Of a stretch of DNA of 6,177 nucleotides, positions 1 through 6,177 are shown in pieces. The notes under the pieces are model-generated. The model ran no database searches, was not told the DNA's origin, and saw only the letters and a list, made by a program, of their open reading frames with translations. A program made the translations under genes and the position numbers. Within the stretch, counting starts at the first letter, position 1. Every line of letters starts with the position of its first letter. Source of the stretch: Paraspadella gotoi (taxonomy: Eukaryota; Animalia; Chaetognatha); the NCBI GenBank assembly GCA_051294375.1, contig JBJCIZ010000564.1, positions 1 through 6,177 of the forward strand. The letters are read 5' to 3'.

Positions 1-722
1 GTCAGTATTACTAAAATAAAAAATATTTAAAGATTATTATAATTGGAGAAGGATACACTGACCCCGAGTAGCTTTTAAAATCATCACATGAACCAATTAC
101 ATTTAAAAATATATGTTTCATTATGCTTTAAAAAAAATTCAAAGTTATAATTTTTGCAATATTTAATTTTATAAATTATTTATATTTCTATGTCAAAAAT
201 AATAATAATTAAACTTACTGTATAGTATTCGAAGCCTATGTTAGGTAGGTAAGTCCCTTATAATAAAATTTTTTTTCCATTCATTTGCATAGCTTATAAT
301 TTTTTTAAATTTAAATTATTGAAAAAAATAAAATAATTATTTTAATAAAGAAAAGATTAATTACAAATAAACTATTAAAGATAAAAAAGGTTATGCGACT
401 CAAAGCGAAAGGAAATTGTTTTATAAATTAATGGAATGAGCATAATATTTTTCAATTTTTTAAAAGAACTTTAACACCATTTTTTATTTTTTTTATTCTA
501 CTTTACTGATTTTATATAGCTAATTTGAATACTTAATTTATTAAAAAAAACTGTCATATGGAAAAATTTGATTACCATTTTTTTGTGTAGCGCTAAAGCG
601 TCCGGAAAACGTATGTGCACCGGACATCTCCATTCTTGTGCACTCATGCCGATTAAATCGCATGTAAAAAAGGAATTTAGTTTCGGATAAAATTGCCAGA
701 ATATAGTAGGTATTAGCACCTA

Positions 723-1087
723 TTAGGGCGTTGACAAAATAACGAAAGTATAACAAATCAAGTGAGTACATAGCTATTTTTGGTGGTAATAAGTCTGTAG
801 AAATCGATGCATGAGAACCATTTTTGTATAGTCTCATCTCTTGTCGGGAAATGGCGCATTTTTGCAGCATATTTAAGGTGCTATTAAATGGAGTATAAGA
901 AACTCAAATTATTAAGATTTTTATAAAAGCATATTTAAACTTTCACATAATATGAAAATAAAGAACCCATATAAATGATTTTGAGGTAAGTTTATTTACA
1001 AAATTTTAATATTTTTATTAATTAGTTTGGTTAGCTATATTTATTAATAAATAATTAATAAAGACAATTAAGCTAAAGATGAAAAAA
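723..1087 (+). repeat. Dispersed repeat copy A (~360 bp), possibly the left part of a non-autonomous Tc1/mariner-type DNA transposon
   Basis: Colinear with 5055-5407 through shared blocks TACATAGCTATTTTTG, GTATAGTCTCATCT, AAGGTGCTATTAAA, GTATAAGAAACTCAAAT, GGTAAGTTTATTTACAAA and GTTAGCTATATTTATTAATAAATAA. It starts TA|TTAGGGCG. The repeat is seen directly; the superfamily is inference because no matching right TIR was found. Confidence 0.85.
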
Positions 1088-1128
1088 TAAAAATTTTAAA
1101 TTTTTTAAAGACCGGGATTTGATTCCTA

Positions 1129-1475
1129 CAAAAAGTTGATATAAGAAAAGTATAATCCATTTTTATAATATTGATTAAACTTTCTTTCGTTGTGCTTTTT
1201 AGATAATTAAATGAAAGACAAAGTCTTATACAGCAACGGATTTTATTTTATTGTTACAATAAAATAAATCGTGCTATCAAGACTTGTCTTTAATATTTCA
1301 ATAATCATTTTAAATAATTCTTTTTATTAAGTAGAGTTAAAAATATTCCAAAAACTATTATTATTTGTTTAATTTTCATTTTGGTTAAAATTATTAGTTT
1401 TTCTGAATTTTGACCAACTTAAATGATATAACTTTTGAGTATAAAAATTATATTTTTCTTATATCAAACTTTTTG
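1129..1475. repeat. Spaced inverted repeat (~36-bp arms)
   Basis: CAAAAAGTTGATATAAGAAAAGTATAAT(CCA)TTTTTATA from 1129 matches the reverse complement of 1440-1475, CAAAAAGTTTGATATAAGAAAAATATAATTTTTATA. Confidence 0.75.
1214..1291. repeat. Imperfect palindrome/fold-back, probably inverted PLE-type 3' ends
   Basis: AAAGACAAAGTCTTATACAGCAACGGATTTTATTTTATTGT-T-ACAATAAAATAAATCGTGCTATCAAGACTTGTCTTT, centred on 1255. Each arm carries an outward-facing AATAAA, as in 4573-4745. The PLE origin is inference. Confidence 0.75.
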
Positions 1476-1544
1476 CCAACAACTGCAAATCCATTGAAAA
1501 AAATTTCTCGAAAGTTATTATTTTTTCACTATGTACGTGAGCAA

Positions 1545-1645
1545 ATTGGTGAAACCGAAAGACAAAATAAACACCAGACTCCCAAGACCGTAAAACGGCT
1601 TCCAGGAGAGCCGTCGACTGGGCCTGTTTTAAATTTGTTGCTCTT

Positions 1646-1688
<43 letters not shown>

Positions 1689-1808
1689 GTCTCTCTCTCT
1701 CTCACTGCTTCTTTCATTTTTCAAAGACTACTTCTTATTCCCCTCCTTACCTTCAGCTGTCCTCAACATCCTGACAGTCCCTTACCTTATTCTTATGTTT
1801 GGAAATCT
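1545..1808 (+). pseudogene. Frameshifted relic of a Penelope-type GIY-YIG endonuclease C-terminal part
   Basis: Manual translation with 1-nt shifts gives IGETER (1545-1562) / KINTRL (1564-1581) / QDRKTASRRAVDWACFKFVA (1583-1642), then (CT)n, FQRLLLI (1719-1739), VLN (1759-1767) and SYVWKS (1791-1808). This resembles, in order, the PLE motif series YIGxTxR..L.xR.xEH, (I/F)DW..xK, R..LE..xI, N and W. It requires several frameshifts and deletions. Confidence 0.5.
1647..1703. repeat. (CT)n microsatellite
   Basis: Perfect (CT)16 at 1647-1678, followed by interrupted CT repeats. Confidence 0.97.
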
Positions 1809-1891
1809 CCCTCAATTTTTCTTTCTCTCTCTCTTCTCTCTCTCTTCTCTCTTCTCAAAACTTACTTCAACAGAAGACTAAATATTTGATT

Positions 1892-1941
1892 GTCAAAAGC
1901 ACTGATGAAGCTCTAAGAGAAATAGCGAAACATTGTCTGAC
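1892..1941 (+). ncRNA. Minimal type I hammerhead ribozyme motif (PLE-associated)
   Basis: CTGATGA (1902-1908), extra A, stem II GCT...AGC (1910-1926), GAAA (1927-1930), tiny stem III AC-ATT-GT and cleavage triplet GTC (1935-1937). Stem I is weak: CA/TG adjacent to the core, or GTCA 1892-1895 with TGAC 1938-1941. Confidence 0.7.
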
Positions 1942-2100
1942 TAAATTGTGTCATTAAATCGTTGTTAAATAAAACTGTTTTGTTCAAATACCACACTTTA
2001 CAACTTATGACTGATAAAAATTGTAACAATTTCCAATTGTAAGCAATTGTAATTTTTTTTTGCCTTTCTTTAATTTCTCTTTTTGTCCAGCTCTGCCCTT

Positions 2101-2335
2101 TTCTAATTCGTTAAAAATTTGAATTGTTGAACGTTTTTGAACGTTATATTTTATAGTTTCTTATGAATTTAGTCCATAACATTTATTTATGAGTCAATTT
2201 AAACGTTAGTGTGTTTTTGTTTCTGTTGAATTTTAATTTAGTTTTAGTATTATTACACTGATTACTGTTTTTGATTTTGTCAATTACTGTTTTTGGTATT
2301 AATAAAAAAAAAAAAAAATTCTAATTCGTCTAAAA
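2101..2335 (+). mobile_element. ~200-bp poly(A)-tailed retroposed insert (5'-truncated non-LTR element or SINE 3' end) with target-site duplication
   Basis: TTCTAATTCGT-TAAAA (2101-2116) and TTCTAATTCGTCTAAAA (2319-2335) flank a T-rich body ending in AATAAA (2301-2306) that runs into A15 (2304-2318). Confidence 0.8.
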
Positions 2336-3104
2336 CGAGTTCGAGGCTTGTGCAGCGGCTGTCCAGCTTCTCTCTTTGTTCTCTCTCTGTACGATTCTCT
2401 TCGTGATCTGCTGGCAAGGGTCTCAGGTGTGATGACACGGCGTGTCAGAGAGCTGTGACAATGCTACGATGTAGTTCTAAGATGGTCTGCATTATTGAGT
2501 TCATCAGAGAATGTAGTTTCAGTGCAGGAAAGTATATCGTTGATTTGTAGAATTGATTTGTATTATTACTGATTGGTGAATCAATCATGTATTGAGATAA
2601 AGTTTTCTCCTCTTGATCAAATGTACACTATTACATTAAGAGATTGATGAATAAAAACGTGAGTGAATTAATATTTAGACAAGTTTATTCATGCCAGGAC
2701 AAAAAATCGTCTGAACAGCTTCAGAAAACCAAATCAGGTAAAGTGGACAATCAGATAAACAAAATCCTAATTCAGGTGAGACCTCTTCAGGGTGAAACCA
2801 TTTCGAAATCATTGAAACAAAAGTAAAAGTCTTGAAATTATCAAGCTTGCTTGAGGTGGCTACAGATCATGCGTTTTTCGAAAAATTCTGATTATTTTAT
2901 TTTCTTTATAAAAAATTTTATTATCGTAATTTATTCCGCGATTTTTTTTCAAAACAAATACAAATCCAAGATTTTTGTGATTTTTTTTACGGCTCCGAGA
3001 TTTAGTCAGAATATGTTTTATGTTTGGAAACAAAGTTATTTGATCGACGGCGTCAAATTAGATTCCTGATTTTAAAGTCGCATAAACCCGCAAGAGTTCA
3101 TACA

Positions 3105-3156
3105 CTCTATCTCTCTATCTGTCTCTCTCTGTCTCTCTCATTCTCTCTCTCTCTCT
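3105..3156. repeat. Degenerate (CT)n microsatellite
   Basis: CT repeats interrupted by A, G and AT. Confidence 0.85.
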
Positions 3157-3370
3157 AACTTAATTATGGGCTGTTTTTAACCTCGAATATGTAATAAACA
3201 AGTTTGAGGAAACAATGTCGGATCTTCCTACAAAAATTAATTAATTAATTAATTAATCGATTAATTAATTAATTAAATAATTTTAATATTTAATAATTAA
3301 TTATAAATTTATATACAGCTTATCATCATCGATGTCCTTAAAATAAAGTAAATGTGATTTATATTTTTTT

Positions 3371-4136
3371 CATTTAAACTCATTTCCACTGGTATCCAAA
3401 CTTTATATCAAGCTTCGTCACACATTTTCCTACCCACACACAAAATTTGAACTCAATCTATCCATCCAATTATGATTAATTAGAGTATTTATTGGTTAAA
3501 ATAAGTAAAAAGATTTTAGTAAATGCGACTTATGTTTTTTCCACTTAAACTCATATCCACTCAGACGATTCCGTCCAAACTTTATATCCAGCTTCAGCAC
3601 ACATGTTCCTACCCATACACAAAATTTCATTCCGATCCAACCAGCCAATCACAAGTTATTGGGGCTTTTTGCTAAGGTTGGACGGGTGGACAGATTGATT
3701 GACTGATTAATTAATTAGTGATTATTAATGACTAATTGATTAATTAACTGATTAATTTATTTTGATTTATATATACATCTCTGCATATACATTTAATAGA
3801 AAGGATAAAAATCATAATCAATTAGTGACAGGTTTTTTTTGTTTTTTCCATTTAAACTCATTTCCACTCAAACGATTCATCGAACTTGTTCCTGTTCAAT
3901 CAGACTTCCCCACTCATCATACAAAATTCCAGGTTCATCGCCCCATCCACTCATGAGCAATTGGTTGTAAAAATAGTGAATTATATTTTTTTTGTTTTTT
4001 CCATTTAAACTCATTTCCACTCGGACGATCCATCGAAACTTAATATCCAGCTCAATCACACACTTCCCTACCCACACACAAATTTCATTCAATCCATCTA
4101 TCCAATCACGAGTAATTGGTGTTTTTTGCTAAGGTG
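3371..4136. repeat. Four diverged central tandem repeats inside the HINE
   Basis: Units begin CA(T/C)TTAAACTCAT(T/A)TCCACT at 3371, 3542, 3849 and 4002. They share AACTT, CC(T/C)AC(C/T)CA, CAAA(A)TT and CCA(A)T blocks. Confidence 0.9.
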
Positions 4137-4176
4137 GGACGGACGGACGGACGGACGGACGGACGGACGGACGGAC
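4137..4176. repeat. (GGAC)10 microsatellite, (GTCC)n on the element strand
   Basis: Ten perfect GGAC units, in the position typical of DINE-1-like elements. Confidence 0.97.
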
Positions 4177-4629
4177 ATCATTTTTTTGGAATAATTTATC
4201 ATAATTCGATGTTCTGACATGATATAAGTTAGTGCCGACAATATTGAGGGGGCGGACCGACGGACCGAAAAAGTGAATTATAGAGTCGGGATCGGCTGAT
4301 AAGCAGATCCGACTAACAAACTACATTTGAAACCATGATCGTCGCCATTTTGAAGTCAGCCAGAAAGTCGAGGCAGCTCAAACTAAAATAATTAACTATT
4401 GATTATTTTTATGCAGGGAGTTAAATTTTTATCTTATACTCATGAAAAAAATAATAAAGTCTACATTAATCGTGTTCTCATACGTAAAATATTAAAAATA
4501 TATAATTATTATTAATAAATCAATTATCAAATGAATTCATACATAAATTGATAAAATATTATTGATTTAAATATTAGAGAATTGACAAAGTTTTTGTTTG
4601 CAACAAATTTTTATTTATAGTTGAACAGC

Positions 4630-4656
4630 CACATTGTTTCGACTTGTCTTCATCAA
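4630..4656 (-). ncRNA. Degenerate hammerhead motif, antisense partner copy (likely inactive)
   Basis: The minus strand reads TTGATGA-A-GAC-AA-GTC-GAAAC-AAT-GTG. C3 is changed to U, stem II is shortened, and the GUG triplet violates the NUH rule. Confidence 0.5.
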
Positions 4657-4658
4657 CG

Positions 4659-4700
4659 CTGATGAATACTTGTAAAACAAGTTGAAACATGTTGTTCAAC
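4659..4700 (+). ncRNA. Degenerate minimal hammerhead ribozyme motif
   Basis: CTGATGA (4659-4665), AT, stem II ACTTGT-AAA-ACAAGT, T, GAAA (4684-4687), palindromic ACATGT stem III and triplet GTT (4691-4693). The G10.1-C11.1 pair is mutated and the 5' strand of stem I is missing. Confidence 0.6.
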
Positions 4701-4852
4701 TATAAATAAAATTCGTTGCAAACAAAACTTTGTCAATTCTCTAATTAACTAGTAACAACGAAAAGAAAGGATTACTTCAATATGATTTAAATATAAAAAA
4801 AATCAGTTATAAATTAGTAAATTAAAAAAATTAGTACTGATATATATATATA

Positions 4853-5033
4853 TTAAGGCGGAACAGGTTACAAACTAACAGAAGTCCGGTATAAATATTG
4901 TTAATGTGTTTATTAAAAGATCGTGAAAAATAAATTTAAGATTTATCTTATAGTTAAACTCATGGTAGCCTCTTTTATATTAAACGCGAATACTTATATA
5001 ATATCAAAATTGTTAAACTTTGGCCCGCCTTAA
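4853..5033. mobile_element. 181-bp MITE-like element with short TIRs, inserted in (TA)n
   Basis: TA|TTAAGGCGG (4853-4861) ... CCGCCTTAA|TA (5025-5033), with TA repeats on both sides. A TA target suggests Tc1/mariner (inference). Confidence 0.65.
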
Positions 5034-5054
5034 TATATAATATATATATAATAA

Positions 5055-5407
5055 TTAGCGGCGTTTCTGAATAAATAACGAAATATAACAAATGCAAGTG
5101 AGGTACATAGCTATTTTTGATTGTAAACAAAGTCTGTGAGAATTCGATGATGATAACCATATTTTTGGTATAGTCTCATCTTCTTTGTCAAGAAATGGCG
5201 GATTTTTGCAGAATATAAGGTGCTATTAAAAGTATAAGAAACTCAAATCATTAAGAATTTTATAAAAGCCATATTTAACTTACAATAATATGAAAATAAG
5301 ACCATATTAAATATTTTGGTAAGTTTATTTACAAATTTTTATTTTATTATAGTTTGTTAGCTATATTTATTAATAAATAATAATAAAAAAAAAAGCTAGT
5401 GAAAAAA
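5055..5407 (+). repeat. Dispersed repeat copy B, interrupted by a second HINE
   Basis: Colinear with 723-1087. Similarity stops at AAGCTA..TGAAAAAA, exactly where AAACAAGTTTGAG begins. Confidence 0.85.
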
Positions 5408-5900
5408 CAAGTTTGAGCAAAACAATGTCGGATCTGCCTACGATAATTAATTAATTAATTAATTAATCGATATTAATTAAAAATTATTATTTTAATATAA
5501 ATAATTAATTTTAAATTTATATTCTACTTATCATCATCGATGTCCTTAAAATTGGCTTTAGGACAGTTATTAAATATGTTTTGTTTACATTTTATCAAAA
5601 CAAACAAATATCCTCTATTTTATTTTTTCTCCTTCTCTCTCTCTCTCTCTGCACTGTATCTCTCCGTCTCTCTTTTTATGCAATTGGCGTACGATCTTAT
5701 GCTTTTAAGATTTTTTTAACTTGCATCATTTTTTTCACATTAATTAATTAATTAATTAAAAACATTTATTAGTAATCATTAATATTAAAGTTTCAGGTAA
5801 ATGTGACATAAGTTTTATCCATCTAAACTCATTTCCACTGGCACAATTCCGTCAAAACTTTATATAATTATTATATATTAATAAATATTTAAAAGCTTCA
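5405..5900 (-). mobile_element. 3' portion of a second copy of the same HINE family (may extend past 5900 and beyond the window)
   Basis: AAACAAGTTTGAGCAAAACAATGTCGGATCTGCCTAC, (TTAA)n, ATCGAT and CTTATCATCATCGATGTCCTTAAAAT match 3196-3344. The subTIR at 5427-5437 is the exact reverse complement of 4303-4313. A central repeat unit starts near 5820. Confidence 0.85.
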
Positions 5901-5948
5901 GTGCAACAACCCAATGAACTATCTCTCACTAATTGATTGATTGATTGA

Positions 5949-6177
5949 TTGACCAAATTATGCCAATTGACAATAATATGCCAGTTGACCAAATTCTGCC
6001 AGTTGACCAAATTCTGCCAGTTGACCAAATTATGCCAGTTGACCAAATTATGCCAGTTGACAAAATTATGCCAGTTGACCAAATTATGCCAGTTGATAAA
6101 ATTATGCCAGTTGACCAAATTATGCCGGTTTACCTATTTATGTTAATTGACCAAATTATGTCAGTTGACCAAATTAT
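5949..6177. repeat. 18-bp minisatellite, consensus TTGACCAAATTATGCCAG
   Basis: Twelve full units plus a partial unit run to the window edge with no indels, preceded by (GATT)n. Confidence 0.97.

Larger units (their letters stand above)
1545..2010 (+). mobile_element. 5'-truncated, decayed Penelope-like retroelement 3' fragment
   Basis: The order on the + strand is GIY-YIG-like peptide relic (1545-1808), CT-rich spacer, hammerhead core (1902-1937), AATAAA (1968-1973), short tail. This matches the known PLE 3'/pLTR layout. Boundaries are approximate. Confidence 0.65.
3196..4316 (-). mobile_element. DINE-1/HINE-like non-autonomous Helentron (Helitron superfamily), apparently full length
   Basis: The minus strand starts TT-A-GTCGGATCTGC (subTIR 4303-4313) with an adjacent partial inverted copy (hairpin 4284-4314). 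Then come (GTCC)10, central 150-170-bp tandem repeats, the complementary subTIR at 3217-3227 (10/11 match), a small stem GTTT-N4-AAAC and terminal CTTGTTT. No TSD is evident and the ends lie in T runs. These are the established DINE-1/HINE hallmarks. Confidence 0.85.
4573..4745. mobile_element. 173-bp fold-back of two head-to-head PLE pLTR 3' ends
   Basis: Arms ATTAGAGAATTGACAAAGTTTT(T)GTTTGCAAC...TTTTATTTATAGTTGAACA and their reverse complement ending at 4745, with a 4-nt centre at 4656-4659. Read outward, each arm is a hammerhead core, then AATAAA (4705-4710 on +, 4610-4615 on -), then a ~35-nt tail. Confidence 0.8.

Noticed and set aside
498-870. Minus-strand ORFs of 73 and 109 aa
   Set aside because: They have no recognisable motifs. 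The longer one overlaps repeat copy A, whose second copy has many frame-breaking indels.
247-992. Splice-donor-like AGGTAAGT motifs near 248 and 985
   Set aside because: No supportable exon lies upstream, and one motif is inside a dispersed repeat.
1410-1889. 159-aa ORF (and the antisense 62-aa ORF 1529-1717) as a real gene
   Set aside because: It has a TTG start, and the LS/ER runs come from the (CT)n tract. It is better explained as a chance frame across a decayed PLE fragment.
2470-2507. Minus-strand CTGATGA (TCATCAG at 2501-2507) as another hammerhead
   Set aside because: No stem II-GAAA follows it on that strand.
2851-3195. Possible host element around the HINE, starting TTGAGGTGGC and resuming after 4316
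   Set aside because: It looks repeat-like, but there is no matching terminal repeat or second copy in the window.
1281-4650. Shared 10-mer GACTTGTCTT in both palindromes (1281-1290, 4641-4650)
   Set aside because: It occupies non-equivalent positions (tail versus stem II) with no flanking similarity, so it is likely chance.
2644-5160. Remaining 60-72 aa ORFs (2644, 2851, 3762, 3877, 4975)
   Set aside because: They are short and AT-biased, several lie within or straddle non-coding repeats, and no domains were recognised.
5852-6146. Repetitive ORFs (VNWHNL)n and (QLTKLC)n
   Set aside because: They result from a stop-free 18-bp minisatellite; there is no other evidence of coding.
5949-6177. 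CRISPR array
   Set aside because: The units are head-to-tail with no unique spacers, there are no cas genes, and the context is eukaryote-like.

Overview
A very AT-rich, eukaryotic-looking non-coding window; the repeat types suggest an arthropod or other invertebrate (inference). I see no credible intact gene. It is a nested patchwork of decayed mobile elements. (1) Penelope-like (PLE) retroelement remnants: a 3' fragment at about 1545-2010 with a frameshifted GIY-YIG-like endonuclease relic, a minimal type I hammerhead ribozyme (1902-1937) and AATAAA; a 173-bp fold-back of two head-to-head hammerhead+AATAAA ends (4573-4745); and a similar shorter fold-back (1214-1291). (2) A poly(A)-tailed retroposed insert with a target-site duplication (2101-2335). 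(3) An apparently full-length DINE-1/HINE-like non-autonomous Helentron on the minus strand (3196-4316), plus the end of a second copy from 5405 nested in another repeat. (4) A TA-flanked MITE (4853-5033), two diverged copies of a roughly 360-bp repeat (723-1087, 5055-5407), microsatellites and an 18-bp minisatellite. I do not see support for a wholly new system. The best signals are unannotated ribozyme-bearing PLE relics and possibly uncatalogued families of known element classes. All alignments were done by eye.
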